This document shows positions 52,761-60,915 of a stretch of 64,000 nt of DNA, in pieces. Origin of the DNA: a virus; IMG/VR virus record IMGVR_UViG_3300028840_003749, positions 1 through 64,000 of that record; one strand, given 5' to 3'. Position 1 is the first letter of the stretch, and each line of letters starts with the position of its first letter. The notes under the pieces are model-generated. The model made no database searches. It was not told the origin of the DNA and worked only from the letters and a program-made list of their open reading frames with translations. A program made the translations under genes and the position numbers.

Positions 52761-53233
52761 TCGATGCTCCTCTTCTCGCGGCAGATGAAGCTCTCGCCTC
52801 AGCTTGGAGTCTCGCCTTACGGATACGACCGCATCGAGGCCCTTCCCATAGACGGTGACCTGTTGCATCACGGCAGGCCACATGAGTAGTTGCATTCCGG
52901 TTCCGATACCGCCACGCTCTTACTCGCCCGCTCCTTGCCTCGTACAGCTTGAGCCTCTCTGTCTCCGGCCTTCCGGTCGAGTCTGCCGGTCGGCCTCAAC
53001 CAACCCCGCTCCAGCGTCCATACCAGAGCGTCCTCGATGCTCCAATGTACTATGGTGATGGCGGCTTACTGTGCACAGGAATCCTGACCACGCTCCAATC
53101 CTTCGCGCGTGAGGCGCAGGAGGGGTGAGCGTAGGAGAGCAGGCCTGCTGGTGTCGGCACGGCCTTGACCGGCACCAACCGGTCATGCTTCTCCCACCTC
53201 AAGCACACGCAACAGCAGCAGTCACGCATCCGG

Positions 53234-53446
53234 TCAATCCGACGACGTTTCACCGCTATGCCTCTGAAGGTGAGGACCAGGGTACACCAGACTGTCCAGG
53301 CGCATCTGCACGGAGAAGCGCAGAACCACGACTCCGACAGGCTCGATGGACTCGACCATCTGCTGCGCCTCCCGCTCATTGAAGAAGATACCTTTGACAG
53401 TACCTTCGTCCGGATAATCCGACACGACCATGTAGACATTCATCAC
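53234..53446 (-). CDS. Hypothetical small protein
   Basis: 70-aa ORF whose start overlaps the phosphatase stop (ATGA-type coupling). Confidence 0.5.
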   Translation of the reverse strand: MMNVYMVVSDYPDEGTVKGIFFNEREAQQMVESIEPVGVVVLRFSVQMRLDSLVYPGPHLQRHSGETSSD

Positions 53447-53958
53447 TCGTACTCCTCAGCCCACTCATCCAACGCTCCGGTCGATGGCGACAGCAGCGGA
53501 ATGTGACCGTACTTCCACGACAGAGCTTCCTTCCGAGCCGCTGCCTTCGGCCACCCCCTTATCTCGTACAGGTACAGGAAGATGACCATGCCAGTCCGGT
53601 CGGAGCCACTGCGACAATGCACCAGCATCGTGTCCTCATCGTGGAGCCTGAGCACCTCCAACACTTCCTCAACTTCGGCATCGGTCGGCCTGCGTCCAGC
53701 GCTCAGCGGCACTCCCACCACCTCCGTTCCGAACACACCAGCGGTCGCCACCTCCAGGTCGTACTCCTTCTGGCCGGGGTGAGATCCGCGAGCGTTCAGA
53801 ATCACGTCCACGTCATGGTCGTAGAGGAAGTCGTACAGCCAGTCCGATTCCGGCTGAGCACTGCGCCACATCCATTCGTCCACTTGATGCAGGTTCGTGC
53901 ACCCCACCACAAGCAGCGCCACGAGCAGTGCCACACGATATCTCCGCTGGAGCCTCAT
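53443..53958 (-). CDS. Lipoprotein protein-tyrosine/dual-specificity phosphatase
   Basis: Active site VHCRSGSDRTG (HCx5R[ST]). N-terminal MRLQRRYRVALLVALLVVGC is a signal peptide plus lipobox. Strong AGGAGG RBS before M24 (53958). Confidence 0.7.
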   Translation of the reverse strand: MRLQRRYRVALLVALLVVGCTNLHQVDEWMWRSAQPESDWLYDFLYDHDVDVILNARGSHPGQKEYDLEVATAGVFGTEVVGVPLSAGRRPTDAEVEEVLEVLRLHDEDTMLVHCRSGSDRTGMVIFLYLYEIRGWPKAAARKEALSWKYGHIPLLSPSTGALDEWAEEYE

Positions 53959-54281
53959 GGCTTGTCCTCCTTTCGGTCCTGCGTAGCCTCGTGCGAAGCA
54001 GGGTCCTCCAGCACGGCGATGCGGCAAGGCACGACGAAACGACCTGCGATATCCTGCAGCATGAAGTACGCCCCCAGAACATCATGCTCCGTCATGACCA
54101 TCTGCCCCGCCGCCACAATCTCCTCCGGCCCGACGCCGAGCTTCCGCTCGTACTCCTGAGCGCGGCTGGCAGCGGCTTTCACCATGTCAAGAGCGTGCAT
54201 GGACCGGTTGTCGGTGTCCAGCAAATCGTAGGATATCTCACGGCAGATTCGGATTGCATCATCCAGCGTCATGTCACTCAT
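53955..54281 (-). CDS. Hypothetical protein
   Basis: Trimmed to MSDMTLDDAIRICREI... (AGGAGG RBS); 108 aa. Confidence 0.5.
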   Translation of the reverse strand: MSDMTLDDAIRICREISYDLLDTDNRSMHALDMVKAAASRAQEYERKLGVGPEEIVAAGQMVMTEHDVLGAYFMLQDIAGRFVVPCRIAVLEDPASHEATQDRKEDKP

Positions 54282-54475
54282 CGCTTGCCTTCCTCCTTCG
54301 CCCGTGCCACGCGATGCAACGTGGCTTCGTGGAATGTCTCCAGGCCAAAACCGCCTCGTACTGCCCACCGCTGGCGTCCCATGCGCGCAAGGATGCAACC
54401 GTAGACCCGCCGAGGCATATACCACCGCTTGCCTGTGACGCGGACTCCGACCCCATACTCACTCCTCGTTCTCAT
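54278..54475 (-). CDS. Hypothetical small basic protein
   Basis: Trimmed to MRTRSEYGVGVRVTGKRWYMPRR... with AGGAGG RBS; 65 aa. Confidence 0.45.
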   Translation of the reverse strand: MRTRSEYGVGVRVTGKRWYMPRRVYGCILARMGRQRWAVRGGFGLETFHEATLHRVARAKEEGKR

Positions 54476-55901
54476 CGCTCGCCTCCTTTTCATCCTGCGT
54501 AGCCTTGGCGGAGCAGGACCACGCCAGCACCGCACGGCAGAGGGCTTCGAGGGGGGTGGCGGCTGTCTCGATCGCACCACGGTAGTAGCCCATGTACGAG
54601 CGTTCTTCCGCCTTAACCGTGGGCACTCGTTGAACAAGAACCTTGGCACTCGGCACTTGTTTCTCCAGCGCCTCCAGCACCCGGTCGATGGTCAGGTGGT
54701 GGCGCCAGCGGCAGGCTCGATGAATGGTCCCGCATTCGTCGCATTGCAGGTCGTCCTCTGGGTCCGCCTGCACCCAGTCGGGCGCTGTCCTCACGGCGCC
54801 GCATTTGATGCACTCCACCAGCGTCCCCGGCTCCACCTCAATCCCCAGCGCCTCGCAGACGCGCGCATGGAAGTCGGCCTCAAGGGTGCGGGTGTCGTCA
54901 GGTGGAACACAGGGGCCCGGCGGGTAGTAGTCGTCTACATCGTGGTCGCGCACGGGCTTCCCTGCGGACTCGTGCCCCTGTGCCGCTATGCCATCGCTCG
55001 CCCGCTTCAGCAACCCCCGCATTTGACGGTTTCTTCCCAGGTCACGCCAGGTCCGCGCCTGGCCTGGGGTGTGGAGGTCGGCTTCCGCCTTCGCCGTTTT
55101 CTCCTGCGCCATTTTCTCCTCCTCCTTCGCTCTAATGCAGTCCTCGCACAGTCCAAAAGCGTCCAGGAGCCTGCCGCAGTCAGGACAGGTGTGTCCCCTC
55201 TTCTCCTCCCACACCGTCTTCTTGCACTCAGGACACCAGTAGATAACGTGCTGCGTATCTTCTGGTCCTCGCTCCATCGTCGTAGCGCAGGTAGGACAGA
55301 GGTGTCGACACTTGAGGCAAGTCCACGTATCCTCAACGTGAATCCAACCAATCGAACCCCCCACCATGAGGATGCCGCATTCGTGACATGAAGGAATGGC
55401 GTGCTCCGTGGAGATGACTGTGAACCAGTGGTCGTACTCTCCTCGCGGCCACCATACACCACGGTCCAGTTTCATCCCCTCATGGTCAAGTAGTATCACG
55501 TTCGACCACAGGACTGAAGCATGGGTGTAGGTTGGAGACAGGGCAACGTGCGGCTCCACCTTCAGGACGGCTATTACGCCTTTGTGCTCGCCTGCGTCCG
55601 GATGCCAGACGACGAGAGTGCCGGGGGCAAATGGTTCGTGTTCCGGTCGAGCAGGTTCCGGACCGCGACCACAGGTATACTGCTCCATCCCCTTCTCCAC
55701 TTCCTCCTTCACATCGAAGCTCTGGTCCTCACCGTGGTCAATGTGACGCTGGAGCAGGCCTTCCACCTCACCAAGACGGAGGTCGAGCGCGAGGTTGGCA
55801 GCGATGAGGTGACGAAACAGCACCCCTACTGCTGAGTAGCCCGACACTTTCTCCAGCAGAAACTCCAACTGCACAGCATTCTTCAGGTCGCCTGTACTCA
55901 T
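54459..55901 (-). CDS. Multi-zinc-ribbon protein
   Basis: 480 aa with at least five CxxC pairs (CHECG, CLKC..CPTC, CPEC, CPDC..CEDC, CIKCG..CDECG). Confidence 0.6.
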   Translation of the reverse strand: MSTGDLKNAVQLEFLLEKVSGYSAVGVLFRHLIAANLALDLRLGEVEGLLQRHIDHGEDQSFDVKEEVEKGMEQYTCGRGPEPARPEHEPFAPGTLVVWHPDAGEHKGVIAVLKVEPHVALSPTYTHASVLWSNVILLDHEGMKLDRGVWWPRGEYDHWFTVISTEHAIPSCHECGILMVGGSIGWIHVEDTWTCLKCRHLCPTCATTMERGPEDTQHVIYWCPECKKTVWEEKRGHTCPDCGRLLDAFGLCEDCIRAKEEEKMAQEKTAKAEADLHTPGQARTWRDLGRNRQMRGLLKRASDGIAAQGHESAGKPVRDHDVDDYYPPGPCVPPDDTRTLEADFHARVCEALGIEVEPGTLVECIKCGAVRTAPDWVQADPEDDLQCDECGTIHRACRWRHHLTIDRVLEALEKQVPSAKVLVQRVPTVKAEERSYMGYYRGAIETAATPLEALCRAVLAWSCSAKATQDEKEASDENEE

Positions 55902-56185
55902 GGCTCCTCCAACACTTCCTCAAGGTCGAACTCCACCATCAGCCTCGTCTCGTGCCGCTCGCACTGGCTACTGGAAGTCCACACCGGCATATCATCCACG
56001 AGAATGATGACACCGATGTAGGGGTCGTCCACCACTACGCTGAGCTTTCCGCGAATCTTGCGCTTGCTCTCTCTCCAATGTCCGTACTCGCTCAGGACGA
56101 AGCCGAGCCAGATGCAGAGCGCTGCCAGAGCCAGGTTAAACACGTCTTGCGGACTCATGGCTCCTCCCTCAGCCTCCTCGCGCAT
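55898..56185 (-). CDS. Small membrane protein
   Basis: TM VFNLALAALCIWLGFVL; 95 aa. Confidence 0.5.
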   Translation of the reverse strand: MREEAEGGAMSPQDVFNLALAALCIWLGFVLSEYGHWRESKRKIRGKLSVVVDDPYIGVIILVDDMPVWTSSSQCERHETRLMVEFDLEEVLEEP

Positions 56186-56472
56186 GCCTTGGCCGCATTA
56201 TCTCTGGAGCGCTTCGCGGCACCTACGTCCTTGCCATACGGAGGACCGTCGTCTGAGAGAGGGTGAAGGACGGCGTGCGACCAGAAGTGCTTCGTAATCT
56301 GCTCATACTCCTCTCTGCACGGAGGACAAACATTATGGCCTCCGGTCGTGACGCCCCACCCAAGAGGAGGTACGTGCTCTCTCTGGCCTTGGCCTCCTGC
56401 ACCGACAGGCGCTCTGTAATCCATCTGCTCCCACGCTCCGCACCTGTCACAGATGACGATATGAGCGTACAT
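56155..56472 (-). CDS. Small zinc-ribbon protein
   Basis: CDRCG ... CPPC; 105 aa. Confidence 0.5.
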   Translation of the reverse strand: MYAHIVICDRCGAWEQMDYRAPVGAGGQGQREHVPPLGWGVTTGGHNVCPPCREEYEQITKHFWSHAVLHPLSDDGPPYGKDVGAAKRSRDNAAKACARRLREEP

Positions 56473-56484
56473 GGCCTGCTCTCC

Positions 56485-56706
56485 TCAAAACTCGTCCGGC
56501 TTCAAGTTGTCCATCCACCGAAGAGCCTCAGCAGCGGCATCCTCTGCTGCTGAGATTCTTCCGGAGATAACCCCCACCTTGACGTTATCAATGTGCATGT
56601 CCTCCATCAATGCGTGCTCGTAGACGGCCTGGGCACAGTTGTGAAGCATAGTACAAGCAGAACTCAACTCCTGCTTCACAACGTTGATTTCCGGCCTATT
56701 CATCAT
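56485..56706 (-). CDS. Hypothetical small protein
   Basis: 73-aa ORF. Confidence 0.5.
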   Translation of the reverse strand: MMNRPEINVVKQELSSACTMLHNCAQAVYEHALMEDMHIDNVKVGVISGRISAAEDAAAEALRWMDNLKPDEF

Positions 56707-56833
56707 AGAACTCCATCCACTGCCGGGCCAAGAGGCTAACGAACACGGCTACCAACCAGATGCAGCCTCCGATAAGGAGGTAGGGGATATAGAGGAGGAG
56801 CTTCAGTGTTGCGACGAGTGCTTTGCCTGCCAT
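56696..56833 (-). CDS. Possible 45-aa membrane peptide (below the ORF-track cutoff)
   Basis: Hand translation: MAGKALVATLKLLLYIPYLLIGGCIWLVAVFVSLLARQWMEFYDE. Overlaps both neighbours. Confidence 0.3.
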   Translation of the reverse strand: MAGKALVATLKLLLYIPYLLIGGCIWLVAVFVSLLARQWMEFYDE

Positions 56834-57159
56834 GCTTCATACCTCATCATCCAGAAACTCCACTCCAGTCGTCGGGCTGTGAATGTGCGTTGTGCCATGT
56901 GGACACCGATTTCCACAAGCTGTACGACGATAGCTCCGAAGACGTAGCACGAATGGTTGGGGAGGCGGTAATCCGGCTTGCACTCCTGCTCCAAGAACTT
57001 GTGCTCTTCAGAACCAAGCTCGACGGGGTACGCTTTACGAGGAGCAGCAGGCGGAAGCGACTCAAGCACCTTCACCAAGTCCTGCATCGTGATTTGGTCC
57101 GTCGTCCCCAGATTGGAAGTGCTCTCCTTGTTCATACCATGGTCGTCCTGACTTACCAT
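56803..57159 (-). CDS. Hypothetical protein
   Basis: 118-aa ORF. Confidence 0.5.
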   Translation of the reverse strand: MVSQDDHGMNKESTSNLGTTDQITMQDLVKVLESLPPAAPRKAYPVELGSEEHKFLEQECKPDYRLPNHSCYVFGAIVVQLVEIGVHMAQRTFTARRLEWSFWMMRYEAWQAKHSSQH

Positions 57160-57173
57160 CTCTGCACCTCAGC

Positions 57174-57566
57174 CTACTCATCCAGGTCCAACTCGGTCAG
57201 ACCCTGCTCGTCGTCCGTATCAGCATCAAGGCTGATGCAGGTATCGTACCCCAGGACGGAGTCAAAGAACCACCTCTCGCACTCCTTCGCGCACTGCTCA
57301 AAGCCATTGATGAGCAGCGAACGAACATCCTTGAGCGAACAGGACGGACTCCACCAATGAGGCTTCTCAGACGGGACAGCCAATTCGGTCCGAGTGGCTG
57401 TGAACATGAACAGGTTCTCTCCACGGTCGATGATGTGCAGCAGCCAACCTTGAGCGGCAGGGTCTTTGCGGTCGTCGTGCGCGCCGGATGCCTCGTCAAT
57501 GCTTTCCTGTGTCGCCGTCCATCGGCCTTTGTACAGAGGATCAGGTGTCCATGTGAACCGAGCCAT
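57174..57566 (-). CDS. Hypothetical protein
   Basis: 130-aa ORF with an acidic C-terminus. Confidence 0.5.
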   Translation of the reverse strand: MARFTWTPDPLYKGRWTATQESIDEASGAHDDRKDPAAQGWLLHIIDRGENLFMFTATRTELAVPSEKPHWWSPSCSLKDVRSLLINGFEQCAKECERWFFDSVLGYDTCISLDADTDDEQGLTELDLDE

Positions 57567-57777
57567 CAGCTACCTCCTTGTCAGGGGTTCGCCTCCTGCC
57601 GATAAAGCACGGAGGCGTGAACTTCCATTCGCGGTCGATGCGTTCTCGTATCAGGCGAGGATAGTCGGTGGGGCCGTCGTGAACATCGCAGGCAAACTGC
57701 ATGTCGGTTGCGGACCTCCTCATGTACTGGAAGACGGACTCCAACGCCTCCCACAACTCCTCCTTCGTCGCTTTCAT
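57541..57777 (-). CDS. Hypothetical small protein
   Basis: Trimmed to MKATKEELWEALESVFQY... (GGAGGAGGAG RBS). The upstream part of the track ORF runs through the tRNA-like element. Confidence 0.5.
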   Translation of the reverse strand: MKATKEELWEALESVFQYMRRSATDMQFACDVHDGPTDYPRLIRERIDREWKFTPPCFIGRRRTPDKEVADGSVHMDT

Positions 57778-57804
57778 ACTCTCCTCCTCCACATAAGAGC
57801 GAGG

Positions 57805-57923
57805 CTGAGACGGCAGGATTCGAACCTGCACCTTGCTGCATCGGCCAGTTGGGAAAGGACTGGCAACTCGCAAACACGCTCTATCCTGGCGCATTCTCGG
57901 CTGCACTCTTGAGCTACGTCTCG
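57805..57923 (-). ncRNA. tRNA-like element: canonical T-arm and acceptor stem, but ~118 nt long with no canonical anticodon arm found
   Basis: Minus strand: 5' CGAGACG ... GCAGG-TTCGAAT-CCTGC-CGTCTCA-G 3'. Positions 2-7 pair with 66-71, with a C1/A72 mismatch. An internal 6-bp hairpin GCCAGT-CCTTTCCCA-ACTGGC is present. Confidence 0.45.
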
Positions 57924-58200
57924 TAAGGCTTCCCTTGCCTCTGCCTCGCGTTCTCTCCAGCTTAGTGATAGCCGAGGTCGCTGGCCGAGAACATGACAGA
58001 TGAGGTCGATGGAGCACTTGTCACCACCCACCCCGCATCCTGCAACGCCTCCTGCTGGCCGTGCATCACCTCTCGCAACTGGCGCGTCATGTCAGGAGGA
58101 CTCAGCATACGACGCCGCTTCAGCGGCTTGTTCCTGTAGTAGGAGGGTTCTTCGTACTCCTCCTCCTCATCCTCGTCCAGGAACTCGTCTTCGTCTGAAG

Positions 58201-58404
58201 CTACGAAGCAAAAGGGCGAACGAGAACGACCATCCTCTCCTTCTTGACCTTCAGGTCCGGATTGTCCATCACCGCAGCGATGGCAGCGGACTTGTCATCC
58301 GTTGCGACCACGGCAACAGGACCGAGCACCAACTTCTCGGTCTCACCCTCTTCCCTCTTCTTCTTCGTCGGCTGCTCCAGAATCGCCACTTCGTACAGAG
58401 GCAT
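58201..58404 (-). CDS. Hypothetical small protein
   Basis: Trimmed to MPLYEVAILEQPTKKKREEGE... (AGGAG RBS); 67 aa. Confidence 0.5.
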   Translation of the reverse strand: MPLYEVAILEQPTKKKREEGETEKLVLGPVAVVATDDKSAAIAAVMDNPDLKVKKERMVVLVRPFAS

Positions 58405-58624
58405 CCTCTTCACTCCTGTTCCAAAACCTCGCTTCCATTTGTGACAGTACGACCTGACACACGCCACACAAGTCCTTGCTCGCTCCGGCACGGGTTCGCA
58501 ACTCCACAAAGTCTTTCGGCAGCGAGTAATCGTGCTTCGGACCGAACTGGGCATCGGGGAGGAAGTGGTCAACCAACTCCTCCTCCTTGCCACACCTGTC
58601 ACACACAACCGTATGCTTCCTCAT
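58343..58624 (-). CDS. Small zinc-ribbon protein
   Basis: CDRCG ... CGVC. The 3' end overlaps the next ORF by about 60 nt. Confidence 0.45.
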   Translation of the reverse strand: MRKHTVVCDRCGKEEELVDHFLPDAQFGPKHDYSLPKDFVELRTRAGASKDLCGVCQVVLSQMEARFWNRSEEDASVRSGDSGAADEEEEGRG

Positions 58625-58698
58625 TACCCCTTTCCTTCAGCAAACCACCGGTTCCTGTCCGTCACCGTAAACTATCGCCATCCGGAGTTATTGTCCTA

Positions 58699-59145
58699 TC
58701 AATCGCTGTAGAGGTCTTCCGGTGAATACTCCAGCGACCGAATCACGGTGAAGTACTTGCTCGACACTGCCATATCAAAGAGCGTTCCTGGCTCGACACT
58801 CGTACTCCAGAGCACCAATGCGGTAAAGTGGCTCTTCCCCTTCTCAAACCGCGTCACAGTCGCGAGGTCCGTCCTGCCCACATCATTGTAGACGATGATG
58901 TCATTGACGTAGAGGTCGGGGAACGGCTTGAGAGAGCAGTCTCGAACAACGAACTCCCTGCCGCCGGACTCCGCTCTGACCGTGTAGAGCACCACCACCT
59001 TGTCCCCCCGCAAAGGCGGCTTCTTGAACGCGATGGCGACCACTTCCGCAACTTCGTTCATCGCTCCATACAGCACCTTCTCGGTCAGCATGTACTCCAC
59101 TTCACAAATGAACTGCTTCTTAGCCATTAGCTCCCCTCCTGTCAA
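58699..59145 (-). CDS. Hypothetical protein, paralog family member 1 of 3
   Basis: PFPDLYVNDIIVYND...SHFTALVLWSTSVEPG...YFTVI aligns with the two ORFs upstream. Confidence 0.55.
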   Translation of the reverse strand: MTGGELMAKKQFICEVEYMLTEKVLYGAMNEVAEVVAIAFKKPPLRGDKVVVLYTVRAESGGREFVVRDCSLKPFPDLYVNDIIVYNDVGRTDLATVTRFEKGKSHFTALVLWSTSVEPGTLFDMAVSSKYFTVIRSLEYSPEDLYSD

Positions 59146-59330
59146 TCAAACCATTTGTACTTGTGAGCCAGCACCGCAGCTTCCAGAAGAACTACTCCGA
59201 ACACGATGATGCCGATAACCGTACATGCGGTACAGATGAGAGGGTAGGTTACGGTGGTAGCGTGCACATGGTACTCGTACGCCTCACACGTCCTCTCCAC
59301 AGCCTTGTATACAAGCTCTTGCCATGTCAT
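59142..59330 (-). CDS. Small membrane protein
   Basis: TM ICTACTVIGIIVFGVVLLEAAVL; 62 aa. Confidence 0.5.
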   Translation of the reverse strand: MTWQELVYKAVERTCEAYEYHVHATTVTYPLICTACTVIGIIVFGVVLLEAAVLAHKYKWFD

Positions 59331-59345
59331 CTTACACTAACCCCC

Positions 59346-59759
59346 TTACCAGCAACCTTTCGGAGCACCCAGAACACGAAAGTCGTCCTCATGGCCTGCA
59401 TAGCACCACGTCGTCTCTTTCTCGACGTAGGAATCAGGGTGGGTGGTCCAGAGAGTGACGGCCCCAAACTCCTTCGTACCGGTCATGCCGGTGGTCACTC
59501 TGATAACGCACGCGGAGTCTTCGCTCGGAGAGCACCAGAGAAGGAGGCTACCAGGAAGGAACGGATACTTCGGCATCTTGCTGATATGCGGCTCCAGCAC
59601 CCACTTCATCATCCCACCACCGTCCTCTGCCGCCACGTTGTACGCCGCAAGCTCCGATTCACTGTCCACGTAGACACCTTTCACCACCCCCGGCCTTTTC
59701 TCTCCTGTGTCCGGGTCCGTCGCCATCACCTTGTCACCAAACCAGTACTTGAACGTCAT
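59346..59759 (-). CDS. Hypothetical protein, paralog family member 2 of 3
   Basis: Trimmed to MTFKYWFGDKV... Contains PFLPGSLLLWCSP, EFGAVTLWTTHPD and HEDDFRVL. Confidence 0.55.
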   Translation of the reverse strand: MTFKYWFGDKVMATDPDTGEKRPGVVKGVYVDSESELAAYNVAAEDGGGMMKWVLEPHISKMPKYPFLPGSLLLWCSPSEDSACVIRVTTGMTGTKEFGAVTLWTTHPDSYVEKETTWCYAGHEDDFRVLGAPKGCW

Positions 59760-59760
59760 G

Positions 59761-59994
59761 TCAACCATCATCGTCCTCAGAGGAAGGGACTTCAAAGAGC
59801 GGCATCGCCGTTTCGATGCACTTCTCCATCTCCACAGTGAAAGCGGAAGCGTGGGGCTCCTCGCCACGGATGAGAGCCATCGTGCAGAGCAGCATCGACC
59901 GATGCAGCACCAGAATCGCTGTTCTCAGCGTAATGTCCAGGTGCCTCACTGCCGCAACAAGCTCCGATGCGAGTTGTCGTTGGATGGGGTCCAT
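59761..59994 (-). CDS. Hypothetical small protein
   Basis: 77-aa ORF abutting both neighbours. Confidence 0.45.
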   Translation of the reverse strand: MDPIQRQLASELVAAVRHLDITLRTAILVLHRSMLLCTMALIRGEEPHASAFTVEMEKCIETAMPLFEVPSSEDDDG

Positions 59995-60419
59995 CAGGAA
60001 GCTCCTTCTTCAATCACCGCGAACTCGTGTTCGTGGTCCTGCCAGAGCCACTTCGTCACTGCACCAACCACATGCTCCAGGTTCGGTGTCATCCACAACG
60101 TGCGGGCGTTGAACCGCTTCGGCATTTCGCTCATATCCGTGACCTTGAGGAGCCTGCGGTTGTCAACAGAATCGGTCCACATCAGGAGAGAGCCGACCAC
60201 GAATGGAGGGGCGTCCTTGATTTCTTCCGCACTGAGGAATGACTGAGGAAAGCCTGCTTCACTGACTATGCGGAAGCGAGCCACCTCCTCCCCCTCCTCC
60301 TCGTTTCGCCTGAACTTTACTTGGTCCACGGAGTACACCCTGTCCGAAGCTCGCGGATTGGTGTACTGCACTCGGTCACCTATCCAGAACGGCATCTCAA
60401 GCGTTATCGTCCTCTTCAT
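59994..60419 (-). CDS. Hypothetical protein, paralog family member 3 of 3
   Basis: Trimmed to MKRTITLEMPFWIGDRV... (GAGGAGGG RBS). Contains PPFVVGSLLMWTD, RFNARTLWMTPN and HEHEFAVI. Confidence 0.55.
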   Translation of the reverse strand: MKRTITLEMPFWIGDRVQYTNPRASDRVYSVDQVKFRRNEEEGEEVARFRIVSEAGFPQSFLSAEEIKDAPPFVVGSLLMWTDSVDNRRLLKVTDMSEMPKRFNARTLWMTPNLEHVVGAVTKWLWQDHEHEFAVIEEGAS

Positions 60420-60432
60420 CAGTACACCCTCC

Positions 60433-60915
60433 TCAGCAGGTATGAGCAACCTTGTCGGCCAAGCGGATGATTCGGATAGCAAGATCGTTGCTACTGGCTA
60501 CGGAAATCTGAATCATACCGAGGATGCCGGTTGGAGGAGAGGCGGGCGTCGGAGTCGGGCATGGCTCTCCTGACATGCTCTGACTCACGTCTTCGACCAT
60601 CTCCGCAGCTACATCCTCGCCAACCAAGTACATAAGGGCGGATACGAGAATGTTATGCACGTCATGAAGAGCGTTGATGTTCTCACCGAGCTGGCGGTAG
60701 ATAACCTCGAGTGCTCTTTCGCCTGCTCCGACCTCCTCGACCAAAGGTGGCCGGGGGGTTTTCAACTCGCGGACCTGCTCAACACGCGCTTCATCCATCA
60801 GTTGTCCCTCCAACAGAGCCAATAACTCATCCGCTTCCTCTAACGATATCTGTATGGTCATGCCGTCATATATTCGACGGCGCATCAGCCAGTTACGCAC
60901 ATCCTGGAGGTTCAC
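60433..60915 (-). CDS. Hypothetical helical protein
   Basis: 160-aa ORF. Confidence 0.5.
   Translation of the reverse strand: MNLQDVRNWLMRRRIYDGMTIQISLEEADELLALLEGQLMDEARVEQVRELKTPRPPLVEEVGAGERALEVIYRQLGENINALHDVHNILVSALMYLVGEDVAAEMVEDVSQSMSGEPCPTPTPASPPTGILGMIQISVASSNDLAIRIIRLADKVAHTC

Noticed and set aside
53050-53439. 129-aa minus-strand ORF, and the short ORFs in 52760-53230.
   Set aside because: The upstream half overlaps the better-supported 53234-53446 gene in another frame, and the composition is Ser/Arg/Cys/Trp-rich. A shorter product from M71 (53229) and small coupled ORFs further down are possible, but I could not support starts or functions.
57805-57923. The tRNA-like element as an attP core for integration into a host tRNA gene.
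   Set aside because: No integrase, excisionase or repressor is recognisable anywhere in the window. It is kept only as an alternative explanation in the finding.
57541-58031. Track ORFs 57541-58017, 57581-57877 and 57774-58031 as long coding genes.
   Set aside because: Their upstream halves run through the tRNA-like element and have Arg/Ser/Pro-rich composition. A strong RBS plus ATG at 57777 defines a shorter, more plausible gene. Only a <60-aa acidic ORF fragment lies in 57962-58200, and I could not give it a credible start.
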